Assembly: GCF_006345805.1 (NCBI RefSeq)
Contig: NC_043006.1
Coordinates: 89,156,001-89,220,000 of the forward strand
Source of the DNA: Octopus sinensis
Lineage: Eukaryota
DNA length: 64,000 nucleotides
Direction: 5' to 3'
Each line of letters starts with the position of its first letter. Within the stretch, counting starts at the first letter, position 1. Below the pieces are notes generated by a model, which was not told where the DNA came from, searched no databases, and was given only the letters and a program-made list of their open reading frames with translations. Shown here piece by piece: positions 46,800 through 59,500 of the stretch. The translations under genes and the position numbers were made by a program.

Positions 46800-47926
46800 T
46801 ATAGCTTGCTTGCCAACCACATGGTTCAGGGTTCAGTCCCACAGTGTGGCACCTTGGGCAAGTGTCTTCTACTATAGCCTCGGGCCGACCAAAGCCTTGT
46901 GAGTGGATATATGTTTATATATATATATGTATGTATGTGTGTTTGTGTCTCCCAACATCGCTTGACAACTGATGCTGGTGTGTTTACATCCCTGTAACTT
47001 AGCAGTTTGGCAAAAGAGACCGATAGAATAAGTACTAGGCTTACAAAGAATAAGTCCTGGGGTCGATTTCTTCGACTAAAGGCAGTGCTCCAGCATGGCC
47101 ACAGTCAAATAACTGAAACAAGTAAAAGAGTATATATATATATATACTTTAGTTGAGCACATCAACCCCAAGACTTATTCTTTGTAAGCCTAGCACTTAT
47201 TCTATCAGTCTTTTTGCCGAACTGCTAAGTTACAGGGATGTAAACACACCAGCATCAGTTGAGCGATGTTGGAGGGCAAACACAGACACACACTCATACA
47301 TATGTATATATATACATATACATGATGGGTTTCTTTCAGTTTCCGTCTACCAAATCCACTCACAAGGCTTTGGTCGGCCCAAAGCTATAGTAGAAGACAT
47401 TTGCCCAAGGTGCCACACAGTGGGACTGAACCCGGAACCAGGTGGTTCGAAAGCAAGCTACTTACAACACAGCGACTCCTATGCCTATATATATATATAT
47501 ATATATATACATACAGGAGTGGCTGTGTGGTAAGTAGCTTGTTTACCAACCACATGGTTCCAGGTTCAGTCCCACTGTGTGGCATCTTGAGCAAGTGTCT
47601 TCTACTATAGCCTCGGGCCGACCAAAGCCTTGTGAGTGGATTTGGTTGACGGAAACTGAAAGAAGCCCGTCGTATATATGTATATATATATATGTATGTG
47701 TGTGTTTGTGTGTCTGTGTTTGTCCCCCTAGCATTGCTTGACAACCGATGCTGGTGTGTTTATGTCCCCGTTACTTAGCGGTTCGGCAAAAGACACCGAT
47801 AGAATAAGTACTGGGCTTACAAAAGAATAAGTCCCGGGATCGAGTTGCTCGATTAAAAGGCGGTGCTCCAGCATGGCCACAGTCAAATGACTGAAACAAG
47901 TAAAAGAGTAAAAGAGTAAAAAGAGT
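46800..47926. mobile_element. Three family-B SINEs in plus / minus / plus orientation
   Basis: Copies at about 46800-47125 (+), 47150-47490 (-) and 47515-47926 (+), separated by (TA)n. Confidence 0.88.
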
Positions 47927-48917
47927 AGGATATGCACAATAGTGTCAGAACAAAATACCAGGAACTTTAGACTGCAAGAACTCAAAAACACCCTAATTGA
48001 CAGACATTACCCAGCTCAACTCATAGAGGATGGGATCAGACGTGCAACAGAAATCAACATAGAAACTTTAAGAAAAGTTCAACACAACAACACACCTTCC
48101 CCGAAAATACTACCTTACATATCTACATACAACCCCAGAAACAAAGAAACCTTCACCATCATCACCCAGAATTTACCAATACTTCATAAGGACCCCAAAT
48201 TAAAGGAAATTCTAAACATACACCAAATCATTAAAAGCTACAAACAACCTAAATCACTTAAAAAGATTCTCACAAGGCAAAATTGTTTTCTGAAATTACG
48301 GATGCAAAAGTAAAAAAATGTGGTAGATCGAACTGTGCAACATGTCCAAACCTGCTAGAAGGATCAGAATTCCTCTTTAAAGAGGGACAGAAATTCAAGA
48401 TCAAATCTAACTTTACTTGTGCCTCTGAAAACATAATTTATGTCAGAAAATGCTCGGGCTGCCACCAAGACTACGTGGGATCCATGGGACTATCACTCAG
48501 ACGTAGATGCACACTGCATCGACAACAGATTGCATTCTCAGAATACAGAATGATACCTTTTAGTGAGCACATTGAGAAATGCGCAAAGCAACTACTACCA
48601 CAATTTTTAATCTTTCCATTTTACCAATGTGCTATCGGATCATCAACACAAATTAGACTAAACAAGGAAACATTCTTCATTGAAAAGTACAAGCCCAGAC
48701 TTAACCATGCCAACATACTGATACAGAGAAATTCACACCAAGGGAAAGGAAAAAAATTTTAAGTGATTATCTCCCTTACACCGGAAGAAATCACTCATTA
48801 CCTCCCCTTATTTAGAACTCTTTTAAACATAAACATAACGATAACTCTGTTCAAGATAAACATAACGTCGTAAGAAATTTGAAAAGCTAAACGCGAAACC
48901 GGTCTTTCTTCTAAACT

Positions 48918-51900
48918 ATGTCATTGTAAGAAAAAGATTTTTAATATTCTTCAGACATATTGACGCAAATATATATATTTTTTAACCTTTAAGCCTTCTG
49001 TAGTTTTTTCACTTTTTACTATTTTCTATATATTCAACCACGTGCTTTCAGAAACCAACTTTCTTATCTATATATTAAACACGTGAGACCGAAAATGCCA
49101 CAGAAGACCAACACCTCGGATAAAACTACAAATGAGGACATACTCAAAGAACTGAAAAGTATTAATACACAGCTCATTACCCTGAACAACAAAATCGAGG
49201 AATCAAACCTACTCGCCCGGGAAAGTAAAAGCAATGAAGATACAACTCGCTACACTGACCAGGTTAGTAAGGATCTGCAACTGTTATACACAACACTAAA
49301 TTCAATTTTCATCAACAAATCCGAAAATAAAAAACACACACCAAATGAAACACAGCAGGACATCATACGCACCCAAATTAACCCAGCAAAAAGAAAAATA
49401 GGAAACATTTGGAATACAAACCTGCACAATAGAAAACTCGCCTTCTGGAACATGATAAAAAATTCCAACAAAGCAGATAAATACGAGGGATGGATGAACT
49501 CAACACCAATTATCCTCCCACGCAAATTCCAGATAAAATTAATTCCTAACGAGCCTGACGGACAGAGATCTATTAGGGAAAAGTCAGCTCTGTTGTTCAA
49601 TTTAAGATCAGAAATAGAGCTTCTAAGACTAAGGGCCTCCACAATTGAGGAAAAATTTTAAAGCATCGACGAGGAGATGCACAATACAATACAAGAACAT
49701 ACTGAGGGACAACCCCTCGAAAATAAATTAGATCATTGGAAGGATACCTGTGAAAAAGAAGAGAGAAATTCTCTCCTGCGCTGGGAGAAAAACATCGATT
49801 TCTTCCAAAAATATAGTTCAACTTTCAAAAATGAATTGGGTACAAATAATCCCTTCCTTAAGAAAATTACAAAAAATAAAAAAGAAAAACCAAACAACCC
49901 ACGAACAACCCCCAACTATCCTCCATACACTAAAAACAGAAATCACCCACAACCAACCTTTGCAAACCATGCAAGACCTAACAGGGAACTAGCTGACAGA
50001 CGACGCGTCTATGAAATAAATTACACCAAAAACAGAACACACCAACAACATCCTAATACCAGACCCAACCACCATACAGCACAAAACGACACTAGAATAA
50101 GAAATACACCACACACAAGTCGCTACTACCCCATGAACCAAAATTACTGGTCCCAACTGAACACAAGACAAACGCAAAAAAACACTATGTCAAGCAACAT
50201 CCCACATACAAGCAGTTCGAAACAAAAATATTTCACATACAGAAATTTTACACACACCACAAACAAAAACAACCATAGATTCCCACACACACTCAACGAT
50301 CGGGGGCAACAATGCCACCATTCCCCCGACCCAATATCACACAACCTCACAGACAACTCACACAAACAAAATTACACCCAACATTTTTTAGCCAGGGACC
50401 AGAGACACTAGGACACAGGCTGGAACCTAGTAATAAGGAAAAACCGAAGATAATCAATCTCTCAACCAAACCTCTTTCTAACATAAAAATTGACATCCTC
50501 TCAAAAGGGCTCAAATTTACACCAACTCCACGCAGAGCCAACCTAAATGAAATTAAGGATAATATAACAGAATTTTGCAGAAAATTAAGACTAGCAGAAG
50601 CATCAACCAGTTTCAATACTGAAGATGAATCACTAGTCAAGAACAAAAGTGAACACATCCCACACAGAGGAAGAAATAAAGATCTTGATGAATTCTGTAA
50701 CCACATTGAGAACTTTCCCTACCATACTATACATAAACAGAAAGTTAACTCAAATTTTAACACTACACAATGGAAGGAACTGATAGAACTTCAAAATGAT
50801 GAGGATATAACCATTAAGGAAGCAGACAAGGGAAATGCAGTTGTAATAATGGATACATCACACTATAGAAATCTTGTAATTTCCTTGCTTGATGATGACC
50901 TACATTATGAAAAAATTACCAACTACACCCCACAAAAAATAATGAAAACTCTATCTTCACTAATTAAAACCCATGAAAAGGAACTAACAACCAAAGAGAC
51001 TGACTTTCTAACAAACTTTAAATGCAAACCTAGCCTTTTCTATGGTCTGCCAAAAATTCATAAAAGCCAAATTATAAATGAAACCATTAAAAAATCACCA
51101 AAGACATACATACACACCTAAACCGGGGGACCTAAAACTACGACCCATTGTAGCTGGCCCAACCTGTGAAACACACAGACTAAGTCTATTTATGGACATC
51201 CTCCTGAAACCCTTCCTTAAACATATCGATAGCCATATCAGAGATGACTTAGATATGTTAAACCACCTCCCAAAAAAAGCCAAGGAAGAAACAATCCTGG
51301 TTTCATTTGATGTAGTTAACTTATATACCAGTATACCTCATAATTATGGACTAGAGGCAATACAGTTCTGGCTGGACCAATTTCCGGAAGAAATGCCAAA
51401 AAGGATCAGTAAAGAATTCATTACTAAATCAATTGAATTCATCCTATATAATAACCACTTCATGTTTGACAATACATTTTACCGTCAAAAATCCGGAATT
51501 GCTATGGGTACAAGGGCAGCACCAGTCATTGTGAACCTAACAATGGGCTACATGGAAATAATCATTTACCAGGAATCTTTATCAATCTTTGGAAACCCCC
51601 TTTCTCAATACATAAAAGAGAATTGGAAACAATTCTTAGACGATTGTTTTATACTCTGGAATGAAAACACAGATAAACTCCTAAAATTTAAAAACCTATT
51701 GAACAGCATAAACCCAAATATACAGTTCACAATGGAATACAACCAAAAGGAGCTCCCGTTCTTGGATATACTAATTAAAAAAATTAACCTTAAGATAGAA
51801 ACACATTTTTTACAAAGCCACAGACGCCAAACAATACCTTCTTTTTAATTCATGCCACCCAAGACACACTAAAACAAACATCCCCTTCAACCTTGCAAGA

Positions 51901-52788
51901 AGGATATGCACAATAGTGTCAGAACAAAATACCAGGAACTTTAGACTGCAAGAACTCAAAAACACCCTAATTGACAGACATTACCCAGCTCAACTCATAG
52001 AGGATGGGATCAGACGTGCAACAGAAATCAACATAGAAACTTTAAGAAAAGTTCAACACAACAACACACCTTCCCCGAAAATACTACCTTACATATCTAC
52101 ATACAACCCCAGAAACAAAGAAACCTTCACCATCATCACCCAGAATTTACCAATACTTCATAAGGACCCCAAATTAAAGGAAATTCTAAACATACACCAA
52201 ATCATTAAAAGCTACAAACAACCTAAATCACTTAAAAAGATTCTCACAAAGGCAAAATTGTTTTCTGAAATTACGGATGCAAAAGTAAAAAAATGTGGTA
52301 GATCGAACTGTGCAACATGTCCAAACCTGCTAGAAGGATCAGAATTCCTCTTTAAAGAGGGACAGAAATTCAAGATCAAATCTAACTTTACTTGTGCCTC
52401 TGAAAACATAATTTATGTCATAAAATGCTCGGGCTGCCACCAAGACTACGTGGGATCCACGGGACTATCACCCAGATGTAGATGCACACTGCATCGACAA
52501 CAGATTGCATTCCCAGAATACAGAATGATACCTTTTAGTGAGCACATTGAGAAATGCGCAAAGCAACTACTACCACAATTTTTAATCTTTCCATTTTACC
52601 AATGTGCTATCGGATCATCAACACAAATTAGACTAAACAAGGAAACATTCTTCATTGAAAAGTACAAGCCCAGACTTAACCATGCCAACATACAGATACA
52701 GAGAAATCACACCAAGGGAAAGGAAAAAAATTTTAGTGATTATCTCCCTTACACCGGAAGAAATCACTCATTACCTCCCCTTATTTAG
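48918..52788 (+). pseudogene. PLE3 polyprotein (N-terminal helical domain, RT, GIY-YIG), disrupted
   Basis: One in-frame nonsense codon at 49659-49661 and about three frameshifts. A candidate ATG at 48918 is joined to the ORF by a predicted intron. Confidence 0.8.
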
Positions 52789-52897
52789 AACTCTTTTAAA
52801 CATAAACATAATGATAACTCTGTTCAAGATAAACATAACGTCGTAAGAAATTTGAAAAGCTAAACGCGAAACCGGTCTTTCTTCTAAACTATGTCAT

Positions 52898-53650
52898 CAT
52901 CATCATCATCATTGTTTAGCGTCCGCTTTCCATGCTAGCATGGGTTGGACGGGTCAACTGGGGTCTGTGAAGCTGGAAGGCTTCGTCAGGCCCAGTCAGA
53001 TCTGGCAGTGTTTCTACGGCTGGATGCCCTTCCTAACACCAACCACTCCGCGAGTGTAGTGGGTGTTTTTTACGTGCCACCTGCACAGGAACCAGACAGA
53101 GCTGGCAAACGGCCATGAACGGATGGTGCTTTTACGTGTCACCGGCACGGGGCCAGGCGATGCTGGCAACGGACACGAACGGATGGTGCTTTTACGTGCC
53201 ACCGACACGGGGCCAGACAGAGCTGGCAAACGGCCACGAACGGACGGTGCTTTTACATGTCACCAGCACGGGGGCCAGCCGAGGCTGGCAACAGACGCGA
53301 ACGGATGATGCTTTTACGTGCCACCGACACAGTTGCCAGACAGAGCTGGCAAACGGCCACGAGCAGACGGTGCTTTTACGTGTCACCGGCACGGGGGCCA
53401 GCCAAGGCTGGCAATGGACACGAACGGATGGTGCTTTTACGTGCCACCGACACGGGGCCAGACAGAGCTGGCAAACGGCCACGAACGGATGGTGCTTTTA
53501 CGTGCCACCGACACGGGACCAGACAGAGCTGGCAAACGGCCACGAACGGACGGTGCTTTTACGTGTCACCGGCACGGGGCCAGGCGAGGCTGGCAACGAA
53601 CACGAACGGATGGTGCTTTTATGTGCCACCGACACGGGGCCAGGCAGAGC
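52898..53650 (-). mobile_element. Family-C element with an internal 60-bp tandem array, inserted in the PLE3 pLTR
   Basis: (CAT)n tail on the left, ten roughly 60-bp units, and TGTCAT duplicated at 52892-52897 and 53651-53656 (target-site duplication, TSD). Confidence 0.85.
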
Positions 53651-54205
53651 TGTCATTGTAAGAAAAAAATTTTTAATATTCTTCAGACATAGTTTTTTCA
53701 CTTTTTACTATTTTCTATATATTCAACCACGTGCTTTCACAAACCAACTTTCTTATCTATATATTAAACACGTGAGACTGAAAATGCCACAGAAGACCAA
53801 CACCTCGGATAAAACTACAAATGAGGACATACTCAAAGAACTGAAAAGTATTAATACACAGCTCATTACCCTGAACAACAAAATCGAGGAATCAAACCTA
53901 TTCGCCCGGGAAAGTAAAAGCAATGAAGATACACCGGAAGAAATCACTCATTACCTCCCCATATTTAGAACTCTTTTAAACATAAACATAACGATAACTC
54001 TGTTCAAGATAAACATAATGTCGTAAGAAATTTGAAAAGCTAAACTGGTCTTTCTTCTAAACTATATCATTGTAAGAAAAAAATTTTAATATCCTTCAGA
54101 CATATTGACGCAAATATATATATTTTTTAACCCTTAAGCCTTCTGTAGTTTTTTCACTTTTTACTATTTTCTATATATTCAACCACGTGCTTTCACAAAC
54201 CAACT

Positions 54206-54245
<40 letters not shown>

Positions 54246-54251
<6 letters not shown>

Positions 54252-57200
54252 CCGATCGATTCACAGAACATTTGAGGGACGTTCGCCTACACTCCCTTTC
54301 TCCTATCGCACGCCACTTCCGCTCGGCCAGCCATTCCCTAGATGACATCTCAGTGTTTGGTCTCGCCCCCCACAATGGCCATCCTCTTTCTAGGCTCCAC
54401 TTGGAGCAACGCTACATCTTCACCCTACAAACCACTACCCGACACGGACTTAACACAGCCCCCTCCTCCTAGGTTTTTTTTTTTTTTCTCGGATAAACAC
54501 CCCCCCACACACACACACCTACCTACATCCCACACGCCTGTTCAAACACACACATACGGATACACATCTACGTACACACATTCATACATCTAATCACACA
54601 TACTTACAGACACACATGCACACACTAACATACAAACCAACATGCACATACATACACACAGACATACATACACACACACATACATACGTACACACAACAC
54701 ACACACACATACATACTTACACACACACACAGACATACATACATACATACACACACATACATACGTACACACACACACACACACATCGCACATACATACT
54801 TCACACACCTATACTTACATACACACACACACATGCACACATACATGTACGCACACACACATACCCACACATGCACACACACATACACCTATTCGCACCC
54901 AGGCAGCCCTCCCCTATTTTCTGCTTTCTAGTTTTGGGTGATGGATCCTCGGTTCCCGTGGAGCGGGTTGTTCGGGGGCCCCCGCACGCGCACTGCCTTG
55001 GCACGTGACGGGGGTTGGTCGGCCCCATGGGCTTGCGTTGTATTGCTTGTGTGGGCGCTTCGTGTGTGTGGGCGTGCTTCGGTTGTGTGCGTGCGTAAGT
55101 ATACATACATACCCACACACACACGCATGCATCCCTACCCACACACATACACGCACACCTACTCACACACACACTTACACACACACATACACACACACAC
55201 ACATACCTGCGCACATACACACATACATACACACACATACCTACTTCAGACATACACACACACACACACATACCTACTTCAGACATACACCCATACACTC
55301 ACACCCACATGCATACACACACACACACACACGCACACATACACACACACACACCTACACAGCCATACCTTCACTCATACATACACACATACCTACACAC
55401 ACACACAAACACTCACAGACACACACCCATACATGCATACACCTAGACACACACGCCTACACACATACATAAACACATACATAAACACACACACACACAC
55501 ATACACACGCACACACACATATACTTACACACATGCACACACACACACATACATACATACACCCACACACATACACACACATACTTACATACTCCTATAC
55601 GCACATACATACACACAGACATACACACATACACACTCACATACACACACACACACTCGCCTGCACACGCACACACATGCATGACAAACACCCATACACT
55701 CACACTCACATACACACACACCAACATATACACGCACACGCACACATACACGCACACACACACACCTACACACACACACATGCATACACACATACACGGA
55801 CACACCCATACATACACCTATACACACACGCCTACACACCTACATACACACACATGCATACACACACACACATACGCACATACACACACATATATGCACA
55901 TACATATATACCTACACACATACGCACACGCATGCATGCACGCACACGCGCACACCTACACGCATGTACGCATACATGCACCCACACACACACGCACGTA
56001 CACATACATACACACACACATACATACACCCATACACGCATCCTACACACACACACATACACACACACTCACTCACACACCTGCATGTACGCGCACACAT
56101 ATGCACATACACACACTTCCACACACACGTACATACATACACACACGGACATACATCTATACACACACATATACACACACACATACTTACATACATTCAT
56201 CGGACACACTGACACTCAGACTCACACACAGACACACTCACACATCCACACACATACATACTCACACATGCAATCGCAGGCGCGCGCACATGCTCGCTTG
56301 TGCGCGTTCGCGCACTCATACACGCACGCTTGCACCACGCTCATGGTTGACCGACCGAATCTCCTGTCCGTATCTGGGGCCTGCGCTTTGTCTTTGGGTT
56401 CTCCCACGCCTGTCGCCGCGGGACCACTCTTCCATCTTCCCCCTCCTCCCCCCCTTCGCTGCAGTTCTTTTTCCCTTAAACCCCCCCTTTTGTACACACA
56501 CGCACACACATACACACACACACACACACACATTTGCATATATATACACATTACACTTACACACACTTCAAATTGACTTGCCACACACACAACTACGCAC
56601 GCTGGACATATACACACACTACCACTCAACACGCCCCCACATACGCCCCCCACCCTTTCCCGCACGCAGTAACATATACATATTTTCTGTTTTTTTATCA
56701 CGCCTCACACACACATACACACACGCACACACACATACACACGCACACACACATACCTCCCTGTTTCTGATCTGCCTTTCCGACTTGCTAGGGTACCCCC
56801 ACACCACTCCTTTAATTCTACTACTGCCAGCTACTAGCCATTGTCCACCATACACACACATACACACACGCACACACTCACACATACATACACACGCACA
56901 CACACATACCTCCCTGCTTCTGATCTGCCTTTCTGACCTGCTAGGGTACCCCCACACCACTCCTTTAATTCTACTACTGCTTGCTACTAGCCATTGTCCA
57001 CCATACACACACACATACACACACACGCACACTCACACACATACACTGTCATCTCGCGACACCTTTTTTTACCATTCCCTCATTGATTCAGCTCTCCTGT
57101 TTTTAAAAAACATTTTCCTCCTTTTTTACTACTTCCGTCTTTTCAGTATGTGACCTCATGAAGACGACCTGCAATTTTTTTTTTTTCCTCTGTCCTCCCG

Positions 57201-57340
57201 TCTCGGGATCTTTCTTTCTTTCTCTTATGTTTCCGACGAAGAGCTCCGCTCGAAACGTCATACCCTCCTTCTTCCATTTTCCTGAGCGCCTAATAATAAT
57301 AATACTGTAATTGTTCCACGTGTTGTTGTTTTTTCTGTTT
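54246..57340 (+). mobile_element. 5'-truncated Penelope-like element PLE4 with a long CA-rich 3' region
   Basis: Starts with a GIY-YIG C-terminus (DRFTEHLRDVR...IARHF...LEQRYIFTLQT...GLN) and ends in the block homologous to 10988-11190; (TA)n on both sides. Continuity across the CA tracts is inferred. Confidence 0.68.
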
Positions 57341-57343
57341 TCC

Positions 57344-57403
<60 letters not shown>

Positions 57404-57765
57404 CACATACATAGACACACATATTTCATGCGTTAAGAAGGGTGGATTCCTGTGGTGGTTCATATTTTCCTTACATATAAATATACATATAGATGTAAAC
57501 ATACGATATGTTTACAGTTGAGGGTTTGAGAGTATGGTCCACATTATGGGGTGAAAGTTTATATTGATAGTTAGGATAGCAGTTGGCACTAAAGCTAGTA
57601 AATCTCCAGGTACTGGATACTGTATAAGTTTCCTTTATGTTTTGGGCAACAAATTACTGAAGTGTGCAGTAACCTAATTGGTCAGCTAATTTTTTGAAAG
57701 ACCATGATGCTGTTATGGTTGGTTAATGATTAACAGATAACACAAAAACAAGCTAGATAAACATA

Positions 57766-57769
<4 letters not shown>

Positions 57770-57796
<27 letters not shown>

Positions 57797-59500
57797 CTAG
57801 TTTCAGCTTATGAGCTGTGGCCATGCTGGGGCACCGCCATTTGGTGTTGCTACTTGGTTTCACTTCACGAAAGCTTTCTAGCAACTGCTATTTGGTGCAT
57901 GAGAGAGTTCGATGCAGCTGCCCTCATCTGCCCCTCCTGCCGTGAAGTTGGTTCATCTGGGACACCTGACAGGAAGAGATCCAGCTTCATTTTAAAGACA
58001 TCTGCATCCACCCCATGCAGGTCTCTCAGGTTCTTCGGGAGGATATTGAAGAGCTGTGGGCCTCGGAAGCCCAGGCTATCACAGAATCTTGTCCTACATC
58101 TTGATGGCAAGTTTGGAGTCCTAGGCACCACGCAGTGGCACCCAGTTCTGGCACTTGCGTAACTCTCGATGCCAAAGTTCAGGACACGTCCCTCCAGGAT
58201 TTTCCAGATGTATATTATGGCATATCTTTCCCGCCTACGCTCCAGGGAATATAGTTTTAATCTCTTGAGTCTTTCCCAGTAGCTTACATTCTGCATAGAG
58301 GCTATCTTCTTCGTGTAGCTACGTTGGATCGCCTCGAGCTCTGTGATCAACTTGACACTGGATGGTGACCATAACTGAGAGCAGTAGTCAAAGTGGCTTA
58401 GGACAAGTGTCCTCCAGAGGACCATCATGGTTTCTTGTTCTCTTGTTCTAAAGGTTCTGAGGATCCATCCGGCCAGTCGTCTACATTTCATTGCCAATTT
58501 AGCAACATGTACACGAAAGGTCGCGTCATCACTCATGTAAATACCTAGGTCACGCACTGATTGTGCCTCTGGGATTGCTATTCCTCCGGTCCAGTGTATT
58601 CATTGGGTATTGCATTTAGTTTTGCATGCTGATAGTATAGAGCTTGAAACTTTTCAGCATTGAACTGCATGCTATTCTTTTCGGCCCACTTGTATATTTT
58701 GTCTAGCTCACATTGCAGGTGTTTAGTGTCCTCAGGGTTCTGTATTGCCTGTGAAACTTTTGTATCATCTGCATAACTTGTGATCGTGGCTCTCTGCGTG
58801 GCTGAGGGCATGTCTGAGAGGGCCATTATGAACAGTAGTGGTCCCAGAACAGTGCCCTGCGGAACACCGCTCACTATTTGAGTGTTAATGGAAGAGGCCA
58901 CTACCACCTGACTTCTATCTTTCAGAAAGTCATGAAGCCATTCTCCCAGTTTTCCAACTATGTTGAGATCACGCAGTTTGTGACATATCATTCCATGATC
59001 GACTTTATCAAAGGCCTTTGCAAAGTCGAGATATATCACTTCCACATTTGAGTGGTTGAGCAGCCGTTTCAGCACCCAGTCATAGTGTTGTAGGAGCTGA
59101 GTTAAACAGCTTCTCCCTGGTCGGAAACCATGTTGGGTGTCGGGCAGCAAGTCATTCTCTTCAAGGAAGGTGATCAGCTTCCTTCTGACTATTCGTTCCA
59201 TGATCTTGCTGATGTGTGAGGTCAGAGAGATAGGTCTATAGTTCTTGGCTTCCGCTCTGCTACCTCCTTTATGAATGGGGCATATTTTACCTTCCTTCAG
59301 TTTTCTTGGGAGTTTGCCAGCTGCAAGGAAGCTCTGAAAGAGGAACTGCAGTGGTCTTGCTAGGACTCTCTTACATGCTTTTAGGAGGATTGCCGGGAAT
59401 CCATCGGGGCCAGTAGCTGAGTCTGTTTTCATTTCATCTATAGCCTTGATTACATCGTCTTCCTTTACATCGATGTAATCTATCGTCGCCGCCTCTATAA
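57770..59500 (-). mobile_element. 5'-truncated CR1-like LINE (same family as 1410-5300) with (AATC)n tail
   Basis: ORFs 58578-59516 and 57865-58557 closely match the ORF2 C-terminal half; one frameshift near 58580. Confidence 0.93.

Larger units (their letters stand above)
47927..54205 (+). mobile_element. Penelope-like element PLE3 in a tandem arrangement (partial 3' copy + full copy + internally deleted copy)
   Basis: 47927-48880 nearly duplicates 51901-52850. The full unit has ORF pieces 49083-49661, 49677-50411, 50312-51121, 51078-51848 (GIAMGTRAAP, QFLDDCFILW) and 51916-52788 (NIIYVIKCSGCHQDYVGST). The pLTR occurs three times. Confidence 0.93.

Noticed and set aside
53062-53650. CRISPR-like array
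   Set aside because: The whole 60-bp unit repeats with no unique spacers, there are no cas genes, the context is eukaryotic, and it lies inside a retroelement with a TSD.
53115-54026. 303-aa ORF as a novel repeat protein
   Set aside because: It is a chimera: the open 60-bp array runs into the PLE3 pLTR/intron and a deleted ORF start. No real start context.
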